This document shows positions 37,925 through 51,847 of a stretch of DNA of 64,000 nt, in pieces. Both the position numbers and the translations under genes were made by a program. The stretch is from Mobula hypostoma. Taxonomy: Eukaryota. The DNA lies in NCBI RefSeq assembly GCF_963921235.1, contig NC_086097.1:100752001-100816000 (forward strand). Direction: 5' to 3'. Below the pieces are notes generated by a model. That model was not told the DNA's origin. It saw only the letters and a list, made by a program, of their open reading frames with translations, and ran no database searches. Positions within the stretch are counted from its first letter, which is position 1; each line of letters begins with the position of its first letter.

Positions 37925-38879
37925 CAAATAAATCTATGATTGCCCACTCTTCCACTCCTTATTACTCACTTATTTTCATTTTATTTTCTCTTACATGCTT
38001 TCAATTTCTCTTTCTTACAACTAACATTCACCACAAATTCTGTGCTGCATTCAAATTCTATTTCTGCTCCCCTTATATTGGTCAAACTCAAAAATCAGTT
38101 AAAATCCTATGACTATCAGGCTTCAACTCTTTAGAACATAGAACAGTACAGCACAGGAAAAGCTCCTTCAGCCACAATGTCTGTGCTAACCATGATACTA
38201 TGTCATCCTTTGTTGAATTTACCAATTGCTTATATCCTATTTTACTAAACAATTGAAAGCTCTCCCATTTTTATCTGCAATCATCTGCATTCTATATTAA
38301 TCACCTCGTACATTCATAACTTGGTTAGAGAGCCACCATCTAACTCCGTTTCAACTTCCAACTAAAGCTTTCTTTAGCAAGGCCTTTGACAAAGTCACGC
38401 ATGGGAGGGTGTGGGGGGTGTGGGGGGGGGGAGCTGGCCCAGAGGTTCAGTCACTTGGCAATCAGGGTGAATTAGTAAATTGAATCTCATCTTCCACTTG
38501 GGATATTGCAGCCTTTGGGACTTCACAATGAATTAGAATTTCAAGTAATTATTTTTCTCCCTCCACAGATGTAACTGTACTTTTGTTTCACAATTTTTTT
38601 TTCTTTTTAGTTTTCACCTACGAATTATTAAGCTAATTGTTACATCTGCAACAGACACTCTCTTAATTTTCTCTATCTCTTCCTCTCTACCAACTGAAAC
38701 ATGCTTGTTTTCTCAGATTTTCTTCTCTAATGAAGGGAACTTGACCAAAATGACGATCTTGTTTCTCTTCCTACTGATGGTCTTGAACTGCTTAGTTCTT
38801 GTATGATTTCCTATAAAATTTCAAAATGTTTCAGTGATCACCTTTTATTCATTTAAGCTCAAGTATTGACCTGTATGCA

Positions 38880-39166
38880 TACTCTCTGCATATATGAGAG
38901 ACCCTCCATCTGAAATGTCCTCTAATGAAAATAAATGTGGCTTCCTTTTTACTGTGGTTGATGGAGCCCGATGTTACATCTATTCTGCTTCTCATACTAC
39001 TGCTCTCATCCACTTCCTCCCAGACAGGAAAGTAAATCGAGAGGAATTTTATCTTTGGTACCAAAAAGTAATGGCCGGAGGTCGATTTCCCCTTGTCCTT
39101 GTCTTTCACCAAGTGTGCCTCTACATCCAGCATATCATCCTTTGTTATTTCTGCCAGCTGCAACAT
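38880..39166 (+). mobile_element. Old PLE fragment (RT-EN linker) that continues at ~41571-41650
   Basis: GF..TVVD.A....RFPLVLVFHQ.CL.IQHIIL..F.QLQ, homologous to the 27430-28555 PLE. Confidence 0.65.
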
Positions 39167-41329
39167 AGAAACATAGAACACCTACAGCAAAATACAGACC
39201 CTTGGGCCCACAATGCTGAGCCTAACATGTCCTTACTTTAGAAATTGCCTAGAGTTACCTGTAACCCTCTAATTTTCTAATTTTTCTAAGCTCCATATAC
39301 CTATCCAGGAGTCTCTTAAAAGATCCTATTGTATCTGCCTCCACTACAGTTGCCAGAACCCATTTCAAGCACTCACCACTACCTGTGTAAAAAAAATCTG
39401 CCTTGTACCTACTTCCAAGCACCTTAAAACTGTGCCGTCTCGTGTTAGACATTTCAGCCTTGGGAAAAAGCCTCTGACTATCCACACAATCAATGCCTCT
39501 CTTCATCTTATATACCTCTATCAGGTCACCTCTCATTCTCCATCACTCACTCCAAGGAGAAAAGGCCGAGTTCACTCAACCTACTCTCATAGGGCATGCT
39601 CCCCAACCCAGGCAACATCCTTGTAAATCTCCTCTGCACTCTTTCCATGGTTTCCACATTCTTCGTGTAGTGAGGCGACCAGAACTGAGCACAGTACTCC
39701 AAGTGGGGTCTGACCAGGGTCCTATATAGCTGTAACATTACCTCTCGGCTCTTGAACTCAATCCCACGATTCATGAAGGCCAATACACCGTACACCTTCT
39801 TAACCACACATTCAACCTGCGCAGCAGCTTTAAGTGTCCTATGACTCGGACCCCAAGATCCTTCTGATCCTCCACACTTGCCAAGAGTCTTACCATTAAT
39901 ACTATATTCTGCCATCATATTTGATCTACTAAACTGAACCACCTCACACTTATCTGGGTTGAACTCCATCTGCCACTTCTCAGTCCATTTTTGCATCCTA
40001 TCAATGTCCTGATGTAACCTCTGACAGCCCTCCACACTATCCACAACACCTCCAACCTTTGTGTCATCAGCAAATTTCCTAACCCATCCCTCCACTTCCT
40101 CATCCAGGTCATTTATAAAAATCATAAAGTGTAGGGGGTCCCAGAACAGATCCCTGAGGCACACCACTGGTCACCGACCTCCATGCAGAATATGACCTGT
40201 CTACAACCACTCTTTGCCTTCTGTGGGCATGCCAGTTCTGGATCCACAAAGCAAGGTCCCCTTGGATCCCATGCCTTCTTACCTTCTCAATAAGCCTTGC
40301 ATGGGGTACCTTATCAAATGCCTTTCTGAAATCCATATACACTACATCTATTGCTCTACTTTCATCAGCATGTTTAAGTCATATCCTCAGAAAATTCATT
40401 TAGGCTCGTAAGGCACTACCTGCCTTTTGTCAAAGCCATGCTGACTATTCCTAATCATATTATACCTCTCCAAACGTTCATAAACCCTGCTTCTCAGGAT
40501 CTTCTCCATCAACTTACCAACCACTTAAGTAAGACCCACTGGTCTATAATTTCCTGGGCTATCTCTACTTCCTTTCTTGAATAAGGGAACAACATCTGCA
40601 ACCCTCTAATCCTCCGTAACCTCTCCCTATCCCCATTGATGATGCAAAGATCATCACCAGTGGCTCAGCAATCTCCTCCCTCGCCTCCCACAGTAGCCTG
40701 GGGTATATTTTGTCTGGTCCTGGTGATTTATCCAACTTGATGCTTTCCAAAAGCTCCAGCACATCCTTTTTCTTAATGTCTATATGCTCAAACTTTTCAG
40801 TCCACTGTAAATCATCCCTACAATCGCTAAAGTCCTTTTCTGTAGTGAGTACTGAAACAGGTCAGGTCACTCGTCTGAGTGCTACTGGAACCATGTAACC
40901 CAGTACTACCTGTCACATGGTTGGGTGGTCGGCAACTAAACCGGCTCCCCAACCAGGCTTGCCTGGTGAGGAGGATGGCTAGACACCCTGCAGGACAAGA
41001 AACAAGACCTGTCAAAGGGCAGATGAACCCTCTTGTAGGGTCAACGGCCATCTGGCAAACAAGTGCCGTGAAGCGCGGAAAGGGCATCCCTTGCATCGAA
41101 GCTTGGTCTGGCCATTCACTGCAACAGAACTTCCCCCAGCCGTCTTGGACCCCACCATGCTGCTGGATCAGGGAGGGGATGTTGAGAGGGTGGGTCTGGA
41201 CCTGTGCAACCCCTACTCACCTAAAATCCACTCACGCACACACTGTTCCTTTCTGAGGAGTGGGGTCAACCCCACTAACTGACTGAAAGGAACCTTCTTC
41301 ATCCTATGGGATGGATAGCCAGAGAGAGC

Positions 41330-41363
<34 letters not shown>

Positions 41364-41565
41364 CTGAAGCAAAGTATTCATTAAGTACCCCCGCTACCTC
41401 CTTCGGTTCCATACACACTTTTCCACAGTCATACTTGATTGGTCTCATTCTCTTACGTCTTATCCTCTTGCTCTTCACATACTTGTAGAATGCCTTGGGG
41501 TTTTCCTTAATCCTGCTCGTCAAGGCCCTCTCATGGCCCCTTCTGGCTCTCCTAATTTCATTCCT
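39167..41565 (-). mobile_element. CR1 3' portion, interrupted at 40857-41362
   Basis: IKENPKAFYKYVKSKR, KSPGPD, GVPQGSVLGP, KFADDTK. AACAT at both junctions is a possible TSD. Confidence 0.92.
40857..41362 (+). mobile_element. Unclassified 506-bp non-autonomous retroposon with (GA)n tail
   Basis: TSD ACTGAA (40851-40856, 41363-41368). The CR1 is continuous across the site. GC-rich body, tail GAGAGAGAG. Confidence 0.75.
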
Positions 41566-41654
41566 AACATGGTCCCATTACCAGTAACATTTTCCTTCTC
41601 CCTACAGCTTTCCACTGAGAGACTACACAAAACCCATCCTTCCCCTACCCCAGG

Positions 41655-42287
41655 GACGCAGATTGGGGGACCGCTTCATCGAGCACCTCCGTTCCGTCTG
41701 CCACAAAAGACAGGATCTCCTGGTTGCCATTACTTCAACTCTGCTTCACATTCCCATTTGGATATGTCCATACATGGCCTCCTCTACTGCCATGATGAGG
41801 CTAAACTCAGGTTGGAGGAGCAACACCTCATATACTGTCTGGGTAGTCTCCAGCCCCTTGGCATGAACATTGAATTCTCTAACTTCTGGTAATTCCCTCC
41901 TCCTCCCTTCCCCTACCCCTATTTCACTCTGTCCCCTCCTCCAGCTGCCTACTACCTCCCTCATGGTTCCGCCTCCTTCTACTACCCATTGTGCTTTCCC
42001 CTATTCCTTCTTCATCTTTCCTGCTTATCACCTCCCTGCTTCCCCTCCCCCACCCCTTGATCTTTCCCTTTACTGGTTTTTCACCTGGCACCTACCAGCC
42101 TTCTCCTTCCCACCCTCCCCATGCCTTCTTTATAGGGCCCCTGCCCCCTCCCTCTTCAGTCCTGACGAAGGGTTCCGGCCCGAAATGTTGACCGTTCATT
42201 TCCACGGATGCTGCCCGACCTCCTGAGTTCCTCCAGCGTGTTCTGCGTGTTGCTTTGACCCCAGCATCTGCAAAGTATTTTGTGTTT
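41655..42287 (+). mobile_element. Penelope-like 3' end with terminal repeat
   Basis: GDRFIEHLRSV and FNSASHSHLDMSIHGLLYCHDEAKLRLEEQHLIYCLGSLQPLGMNIEFSNF. Confidence 0.9.
42157..42194 (+). ncRNA. Minimal hammerhead motif, partly degenerate
   Basis: CAGTC-CTGACGA-AGGG..CCC-GAAA-TG-TT-GACCG. The cores are present but the ACGU palindrome is mutated. Confidence 0.6.
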
Positions 42288-42294
42288 AGGAGAT

Positions 42295-45200
42295 AAATAC
42301 CCTTGCTTGGTTTGTATCAGCTGAGGCCAAACACACGATGCGAGAAATCACTGCCTATGACACCAAATATTTCTATGTAGTAGCACCTCTCAGTAACACC
42401 ACTGCTGCAAGAGTGGTGAGTCTTCTTGAATAGCTGCTTGAACACAATAAATACAGATCACTGAAAACTCACCTTTTACAAACTTTTGGGACTATCTGAG
42501 TCTGAGTGCGTCAAACAGTTACCTGGCCTCAGTGATGCTGGGCCGTCGGAGCAAATGGACCACATGCCATCTCTTCTGGGAAATCACTATCCTTACTTTA
42601 TTTTTAAAGAACTCCTCATGCAACAAAAGCCTGATCAGGTTCATATAGCCCTCACTAATGCGCCTGTGATGAACTAAAAGGAACTTGCTAAAATGGCTGA
42701 TAGCCTACACTCAGTAGGCGGCGGTGAATAATTCCTCCTCCTTTATCTACAAACATATATCAATAAGCCTGGTCAGTAAGGCCCCCAACATAAGGACGCC
42801 CGCACCTCCGAAATAGATGATGCCAGGCCTGCATTTTTAATACGCTCGTCTTGGTACAAACGTTAGGAAATGCCGACCACCCTGCAGCTTCAACAGTGCC
42901 ACCATATTGGGACATCAGAGGTCCGTCAACACTGTAGGTTCCAGCTGCCAGGGTTGCCTACTGTTCATTATGAATGCCCTCTTAGACGGACACATCCAAG
43001 ACTTTCTGGCACGTTTAGCCGGAAAGTTAATTTTTCGAAAGTCAGTCTGGTTAGGGACTATCATCATGTGCCTGTGTGCTCAGAGAACATTCCCAAAACA
43101 GCTATGATAACCCTTTTGGCCTCTTTGAATTTCTGTGCATGCTGCCTGGGTTGAAAAATACAGCACAGCACAGCCTTTCCAACAGCTGATGGATTCTGTA
43201 TTAAAAGACTTCGATTTTCTTTTTGTTTACCTGGATGACATACTTGTCACCAATTTGTCAAATCCAAACACATATCTGATCTTCACACACTTTCTGAGTA
43301 CTTAAGCCAATACAGGTTGATTATGAACCCTGCTAAATGCCAGTTTGGGTTGTCAACCATTGGCAATCTTATTTCCGCAGAAGGTGTGAAACACCTCCCA
43401 TCAAAAGTAGCCACGATTATAGATTTCTTTTAGGCTTGGTGAGTTTCTATCACTGCTTCTTTCCTCAAGCTGCTGAACTTGTGCTCCCTTTGTATAGTGT
43501 GCTTAAAGGCAATACCCCTAATCACGTGCTTGACTGGTCAGTGGACATGACCAGGGCATTTGATGATACCAAATGACTTTCTAATGCGACCATACTGGAG
43601 CATCAGCCATAACAACTGACACTTCAGACTATTCTGTGTATCAGCTCCCCAACGCACCCACAGCCACGACACTTCAGACTATTCTGTGGATGCTGTGCAC
43701 GAACAGCTGGTCAGAGGCGTGTGGCAGCCATTTGCCTTCTTCAGCTGCCAGCTGTAACCCCCTGTAAGGATGTACGGCATGTTTGACTGTGAGCTTCTTA
43801 GTCTCTATCAGACTGTCCGCCATTTTCGTTTTCTTCTAGAGGATCTCCATTTCACAGTGTTCGTTGACCTTGTGCTTGGGATGGCAAAAATATGAGATCC
43901 TTGGTCTGCACAGCAGCAACACCACCTGGCCTACATATTCACAACTGATATACAACATATCAAGGGGAAAAATAATGCTGTGGCTGACTGCCTCTCATGG
44001 CCAGCCACTGAGGCCGTACACATGGGGGTGGACTATGCCGGTGTGGTAGCTGACCAAGTTACTGACCCAGAGATCCAGGATTACTGAACAGCAGTCACAG
44101 ACCTGCTGACATTAAGTTCAGAGAAGCTGGGGCTTCACTCCTGTACAATGTCTCAACCGGTTGCCCTTGCCCCATTTTGCCCACAAACTGGAGGCGGACT
44201 GCTTTTAACGTGCAAGAGGCCATGTATTCAGGCCAGAAGGCCTCACAGAAACCGAATGCACTGAAGTTTGTTGGCATGGCTTCAGGAAGATGTGCACAAC
44301 TGGACTGCAGCCTGTGTGGAGTGTCAGCGGGCAAAAATTAACCGTCGTGTTCAGGCACCTTTTGAGGTTCCTGAGCAATGGTTTGACCATGTCAATGTGG
44401 ATCTAGTTGGTCCTTTTCTCCCCTCCCGTGGTTTCACACACCTCCTTACCACGATGGACCACACCACCAGGTGCCAGAGGTTGTGCCTCCAGCATCGACA
44501 ATGGCGACAGACATGGCTTGACATTCATTAGCACCTGGGTTGCTCGGTTTGGTGCCCCATTTGATATTTCCTCTGACCATGGTCCCCAATTCATTTCAGA
44601 CCTCTGGGCTGTGATGGCCCAGAACTTTGGTGTTAGGCTACATCACAACACGGTGAATCACCCGTAGTCCAATGGCCTATGCGAGCAGTTTCACTGCTCC
44701 TTAAAGTCTGCTCTGAGGGCTTTCTTGACCGATGAGTGCTGGCATGATCGTCTCTCATTATTCCTGCTGGGGCTCAGAACAGCTCCAAAAGTGGATCTTC
44801 AGTTGTCCGTGGCTGAGTTGGTATACGGACAGCTTTACAAGTGTCAGATGATTTCATTCCTGACGCCTCGACCGCCTGGTTGGCCTCTCAACAGTGTTCC
44901 ACCCTCCTCAGTAAATTCAATTCCTTTTCTCCTATTCCTACCTCCCATGGCGTACAACACCCTTGGGTTCCTGTTGACCTACATTCACAGCCTCATTTGT
45001 TTTTGTCCACCATGATGCACACCAACATCCTCTTAGACCCATTCTAAGGGCCTGTTCCACATTTTGGAATGGGAAAACAAGATTTTTATCATAGATAAGA
45101 GGGGTAAACCTGGATGTGTTTTGGTACATCACCTTAAACTGGCCAAGCTTTGGAGAATTCTGCTGCCATGCCCCTGCTGTCACACCATGACCATGGCCAT

Positions 45201-45558
45201 GATCATGTCAACACACCTCTGAACAAACCAGAGGCACCTGGGGTTCCTCCACCCATAGATCACAGGGCCCGAGCTGGGCTGCTCGTCCAAACTTCAGACA
45301 GGCTTACAATGCTGGTTTTAGAGATTTCTGGTGGGGCTGGGGGCCTGTGTAGCATAATGTAATTGGGAGAAATGTACATAATTCACAGCCAACATTGACT
45401 TGGGTTTCGCTTTAAGAGCTGGTCTGACGTGATGACATTGTAATGTAAGGATTTTTTTAGCGCACTTTTGTATTTTAGTTTTTGGAGTTCAATAAAATGT
45501 TTTACGGGTTTTAATAAACATAAAACAGCTCACTTTGTTTTATTTGCGGAAACCTACA
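42295..45558 (+). mobile_element. Decayed Gypsy (Ty3) LTR retrotransposon: gag, RT, RNase H, integrase, PPT, 3' LTR
   Basis: gag WF..AEA..TKY.YVV; RT HIQDF..IPKTA..YLDD (~43228); IN HVNVDLVGP and WVARFGAP..ISSDHGPQF. G-rich PPT at ~45331-45343. Confidence 0.9.
45348..45558 (+). repeat. 3' LTR of the Gypsy element (211 bp)
   Basis: TGTAG...CTACA inverted termini just after the PPT. AATAAA at ~45491. Confidence 0.8.
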
Positions 45559-45579
45559 CCATCTTCTGTACTACCTTCT

Positions 45580-45868
45580 GTAGTATCCATGACATCTCCA
45601 AGGAGCGATGCCCCAAAAAGGCAGTGTCTATCATTAAGGATCTCCATCATTCAGGGCATGCCCTCTTCACATTGCTACCCTCAGGAAGGAGGTACAGAAA
45701 TGAGAAGGCACACATTCAATGATTCAGGAACAGCTTCTTCCCTTCTGCCATCCAATTTCTGAATCTACATTGAACACCACCTCACTACTTTTTTAATTTC
45801 TATTTTTGCACTACTTATTTAATTTAACATATATATGTTACTTACTGTAATGCAGTTTTTTCTGTTAT
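45580..45868 (+). mobile_element. Rex1/Babar 3' fragment; its tail resumes at 53203-53280
   Basis: KKAVSIIKDLHHSGHALFTLLPSGRRYR. The tail AAACCTGATTCTGATT follows the Tc1. Confidence 0.8.
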
Positions 45869-46512
45869 TACAGTGGCATGCAAAAGTTTGGGCACTCCTG
45901 GTCAAAATTTCTGTTACTGTGAATAGCTAAGCGAGTAAAAAATGGCCTGATTTCCAAAAGGCATAAAGTTAAAGATGACACATTTCTTTAATATTTTAAG
46001 CAAGATTACTTTTTTTATTTCCATCTTTTACAGTTTCAAAATAACAAAAAAGGAAAAGGGCCCAAAGCAAAAGTTTGGACACCCTGCATGGTCAGTACTT
46101 AGTAACAACCCATTTGGCAAGTATCACAGCTTGTAAATGCTTTCTGTAGCCAGCTAAGAGTCTTTCAATTCTTGTTTGGGGGAGTTTTCACCCATTCTTC
46201 TTTGCAAAAGGCTTCTAGTTCTGTGAGATTCTTGGGCTGTCTTGCATGCACTGCTCTTCTGAGGTCTATCCACAGATTCTCGATGATGTTTAGGTCAGGG
46301 GACTGTGAGGGCCATGGCAAAACCTTCAGCTTGCGCCCCTTGAGGTAGTCCATTGTGGATTTTGAGGTGTGCTTAGGTTCATTGTCCTGTTGAAGAAGCC
46401 GTCCTCTTTTCATCTTCAGCTTTTTTACAGACGGTGTGATGCTTGATTCCAGAATTTGCTGGTATTTAATTGAATTCATTCTTCGCAACAAATTGTGTTT
46501 TTTGATATTTGG

Positions 46513-47367
46513 ATGCTTTTAAGGTCTGCTACGTCTAAGAACGGGAAAGACGGCAAACCTCCGGTTAGACCGAAAGTTACCGATCCTCCTCCGAGTGAAC
46601 CACCGTTAACTTTGAAAGCTATATCGGATCTGATTCAAACGGAAATTTCAACTACTATAACGGATTTGATTCGTGTGGAAATTTCAACTAAACTGCAGAA
46701 AATTATTGATGTAATTGATAAAATGGAAACATCTATCACGGAACATCAGACTGCTATATCTAATCTTCAAAAATCCACGCAACAAAATGAACTCAAGATG
46801 GGGAAAATTGAAGAAACAATTACTGTAATGAAGAAAAAACCTGACTTTCTGACTTTTAAAAACTCTGACTTAGAATGCAGAATGCGACGACAGAATATTC
46901 GAATTATTGGTATTCGTGAAGCTGCTGAATCTGATGACCCTATAAAGTTTTTTTCTCAACTTTTAAAAGATGCATTTCCTACCTTATTTCCTGACCAACC
47001 ACCACTATTGGATCGGGCTCACAGAGTCCCATTATATTCGTCTAAGTCAGATAAACCTTGGCATGTTATTTTATGATTTCATTATTTTCAAGACAAGGAG
47101 AAATTGCTTCGATTCGCTCAACCTAAAGGTTACATTGATTTCTCGGATCTTCACTTTCGTTTGGTGGAAGACTTTAGTAAGCAGGTTCGGGATCAACGTG
47201 TCCGTTACAGATCTGTGATGTCGGAACTCTACAAGATGGATTTAAAACCAGTGTTGCTCTATCCTGCACGTTTAAAGATTCGTTCGCCTGATGGGTCTTC
47301 CCGTTTTTTCAACTCTCCATCGGATGCCCAGAGTTACCTGGATCAATTTTCACCTTCAACATCTTAA
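46513..47367 (+). pseudogene. L1 ORF1p (coiled coil, RRM, CTD) with one in-frame stop
   Basis: DLECRMRRQNIRIIGI, LDRAHR, LLYPARLKI. The ORFs 46495-47076 and 47104-47367 are in the same frame, separated by TGA at 47074-47076. Confidence 0.9.
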
Positions 47368-48079
47368 TCACAATTATTAAATCATCTCTGTTTGATTGGA
47401 GGCAGTTAATCTGTTGGGTTTAATTTTTTTTTTGCTTTATATGAGGGCAGAAAAGTTTTTTTTCGGTTTAATTAACATGATTGCCAAACTTTTTTTTAAT
47501 TGCGTCATTCCTTTCTTTTTCCCTGGGGATTCTGGGTGGCTATTCCCTCTGCATCATTTTACGTATTTCCTTTGAGGCCTTAAACTTTGTAGTTTTCAAA
47601 CGTACATTTTGTAGTTTTTCCTAACTAGTCTATGTTAATTATCACATTTTCTTGTTTAATTATAGGGTCTGTTGTTCGTTAACGGTTTTCTTTATATTTA
47701 CTCATTTTTTCTTTGTATTATATCGTGTTCGTCTTAATCGGTGTACTTTTTTTTTATTCCTCTACTGTTTTATAACTTTAGCTGATCCTTTTATATATAT
47801 ATACACTTTTTTTTAGTGAGCGTCTATCGGAAGTCATGGGGGTAGTTCTAGTGCTCGCTTCTTTCTGGCTGGTCTATTTTAGATTTAGCTTTGGGGTCAC
47901 GGGGGGGCGGTGGGAGAGGCTTCACTTTTTAGTTTTTTTTTCTTCTTGGGCTACTTACATTACCGAAGTATTGGTCGCGTTCTCCTTCCCGTTATCTCTT
48001 GTTTGTTCTGTTCCCTTTCCGGGTTCGTGGGTCAAACCTATTGTCAATCTTCCTTTTTTTGCGGGTTGACTTTAGGGTT

Positions 48080-51000
48080 TACGGAGTCTACTACTAATTT
48101 TGTCTCTTGGAATACTAACGGTCTTAATCATCCAATAAAAAGGAAAAAAGTTTTTAAAGTATTCTGGAGACTTAAAGCACATGTCTTATTCTTACAAGGG
48201 ACCCATGTGCGGAGGGGGGACAGACTACATTTTTTTAAATTTTGGAAGAATTAACATTTCCATTCGAATTCTAACGCTAAGATTCGAGGAGTTTCTATTT
48301 TTATAGATCCCTCAATCACTTTTGTACAACACGATAATATTTCTGATCCGAATGGTAGTTTTCTATTGGTTAGTGGTCTACTCTTTAATAAAAAGGTAGT
48401 TTTGGTTAACATCTATGCTCCTAACATGGACAGTCCGGAATTTTACAAATCATTATTTAATCTGTTCCTGAATTTGAATGAGTTTTCACTAATCTGGGGC
48501 GGGGATCTTAATACTTGTTTATCCCCAGTTTGGCCCGTTCAGCTCCTTTACAGACCTTACCCAATAAATCTGCAACCTTGATTAACTCATTCCTTTCAGA
48601 TTCTGGGTCGACGGACACTTGGCGTTTTTTGCATCCTCAGGAAAAAGATTTTTCTTTTTTTTCACATGTTCACCATTCCTATTCAAGAATTGATTATTTT
48701 TTTTATTGACTCTCATCTTATTTCTTCAGTGGTTAAATGTGAATATGACTCTATAACCATTTCTGATCATGCTCCACTTAAGCTTTCTATTAAATTTCAG
48801 GTCAATACACAAAATAATAGACAATGGCGTTTGAATTCGCTGTTGCTTCAGGACTCGGACTTTGTTAACTTTATGAATGAACAGATTGATCTCTTTTTTA
48901 CAATCAACTATACAGAAGATATTTCTATGAACATCCTTTGGGATACTTTTAAAGCTTATATTCGTGGTCAGATCATCTCGTATTCTGCTGCTTTGAGGAA
49001 GAGGTTGAAGCAGGAGGAGCTGGTTATTGTAGACAAGATTAAGGAAACTGATAAGAAATATGTTACAGCTCCCTCTGAGAAGTTGTATAAACAAAGAACT
49101 GAACTTCAAATGGAACACAGTTTATTACTTTCGTCCTCGATTGCAAATGAATTAATGAAAACAAGAAGCGAATTTTATGTACATAGTGACAAAGTTGGTA
49201 AACTGTTGGCTAATCAGTTGAAGACTAATTATACTAAATTTCAAATTAATCAGATGTATAATCAAAAAGATCAACTGATATTTGATCAAGCTGAGATTAA
49301 TCAATCCTTTTTTGATTTTTATTCCTCCTTATATCAATCAGAGTCTCCACGAGACTCTAAATATATGTATGACTTTTTAGATAACCTAGATTTCCCTAAG
49401 ATTTCACAGGATATATTTTCTATGCTAGACACTTCCTTTACCACTGATGAGATTAAGAATGTTATTTTCTCTATGAACCCGGGGAAAGCTCCTGGCCCTG
49501 ATGGGTTTACCGTGGAATTTTATAAATTTTTTGCATCCTCATTAATCCCTTGGTTATTTAGGGTTCTGGAGGCCTCATTAAAACTTGGTAAACTTCCCGA
49601 ATCCTTCTATAGAGCATCGATCTCTTTAATATTAAAGAAGGATAAAGATCCTGCTCAATGTGCATCTTATAGACCAATATCCTTATTAAATGTTGACTCC
49701 AAAATTTTTTCTAAATTATTAGCAAACAGATTAGAAAAAGCACTTCCCTATATTATTTCGGAAGACCAAACGGGTTTTATTAAAGGTTGTTACTCTTTTT
49801 ATAACATTCGCACACTGTTAAACATTGTTTATACTTCCTCACAAAACGATCCTGAGTGTGTCATTTCCTTAGATGCTGAAAAAGCCTTTGACAGAGTTGA
49901 ATGGCCTTACTTATTTAAGGTGCTTGAAATGTTTAATTTCAGCCCGAAATTCATATCCTGGATCAAATTGTTATATCATTCTCCTATGGCCTCAGTTCCT
50001 ACTAACTCTTTAAGTTCACTTTTTTTCCCCTCTTTCTCCAGGTACTAGACAAGGTTGTCCTCTTAGTCCTTTATTATTTGATATTGCATTAGAACCTCTT
50101 GCAATTGCTATTCGAGAATCTCCAAATATTATTGGGATAACTCGGGGCTTAAAGTCCCATAAAGTATCACTATATACTGATGATGACTTACTTTTATATA
50201 TTTCTAATCCTCAAAAATCTATCCCTGCTGTTTTAGATTTAGTCTTTTTTCCGGTTACAAGTTAAATCTTAGTAAGAGTGAACTTTTCCCGATTAATAAG
50301 CAACTTCCCTTGTATCAGAACCTTCCACTTAAATTGATTAATAATCATTTTTCATATCTTGGGATTAAAATTACCTGTAAACATAAAGATTTATTTAAGA
50401 CTAATTTCCTACCCTTAATCGATCATATTACCCAACTTTCATTTAAATGGTCTCCATTTTATTTAACTTTGATTGGTCGTATTAATGTGGTTAAGATGTT
50501 TATTCTGCCAAAATTTTTATATGTATTTCAGGCACTACCAATTTTTGTTCCAAAATCCTTTTTTGACAAAGTTGACTCTAAAATTTCTTCATTTATTTGG
50601 CAAAATAAAAACCCGAGACTGGGTAAAATACATCTACAGAAAGCTAATAGAGATGGAGGTTTAGCATTACCTAACTTTGGATTCTATTATTGGGCAATTA
50701 ATATTCGACACATGAAATTTTGGTTACTTGATCAAAATACACTATCCATTCCTAAATGGGTAGTATTGGAATTACAATCTGCTCAAGGTTATGCACTTGG
50801 CTCCATTTTAGGTTCTTCTCTTCCTTTTGATTTGAAACGCCACAAACAGGTTTGTAACCCGATAGTTAAATATACCTTACATATTTGGTTTCAATTCAGA
50901 AAATTTTTCGATCTTAATCAATTTGGGCTTGCGATTCCTATTTTAGGCAACATATTTTTTCCCCCCTCTTCCATGAACCGTGCTTTTCAAATTTGGAAGA

Positions 51001-51847
51001 CTAATGGTATTTCATGGTTTTTGGATTTATTTTTAGATGGCTCCCTTATGTCTTTTGAACAATTATCTAATAAATATAACTTACCAAGAATACATTTTTT
51101 TAGATATCTCCAAGTTAGAAATTTCCTAAGTACTATACTCTCTTCCTTTCCAACGTTACCTCCTACATATATTTTAGATACTATAATTAACCTTAATCCA
51201 TGTCAGAAAGGTGTAACGGCTATTATTTATAATACTATTATGAAACTTAGGAAAGCTCCATTCGATAAGATTAGGTCAGATTGGGAAAAGGAATTGGGCT
51301 TTATTATTTTGGCGGATGACTGGGTGCATATTTTACAACTAGTCAATACTTCCTCTATCTGTTCTAAACACTCCCTAATTCAATTTGAAGTTGTCCATAG
51401 AGCACATATGTCCAAAGATAAATTAGCTCGTTTTATTCTCATATTAATCCTCTTTGTGACAGATGTCATGGGGAGATAGCCTCCTTAACTCATATGTTTT
51501 GGTCCTGTCCTACTGTGGAAACTTTTTGGAAAGACATTTTTAATATTATTTCAAAGGTATTGAATATGGATATTTCTCCCCATCCTATGACTGCTGTCTT
51601 TGGATTACCCAAAATTTCCAGTAATCTTTCTCCTTCAGCCCGTAGAATGATTGCATTTCTTACGTTAATGACGAAAAGATGTATTTTACAACATTGGAAG
51701 GAGACTAATGTTCCAACTACGTTCTTTTGGTTTTCCCAGACGATACTATGTTTAAATTTGGAGAAAATTAGAAGTAATCTCTATGATTCTTCAGCTAAAT
51801 TTGAACAGACCTGGAGATCTTTTATTCAACATTTTCATTTAATGTAA
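48080..51847 (+). pseudogene. L1 ORF2p (APE, RT, C-terminal domain), several frameshifts
   Basis: VSWNTNGLN, VNIYAPN, GGDLN, SRIDYF, ISDHAP, KAPGPDGF, YRPISLLN, SLDAEKAFDRVEW, RQGCPLSPLLF, YTDD, HMFWSCP. Confidence 0.92.
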
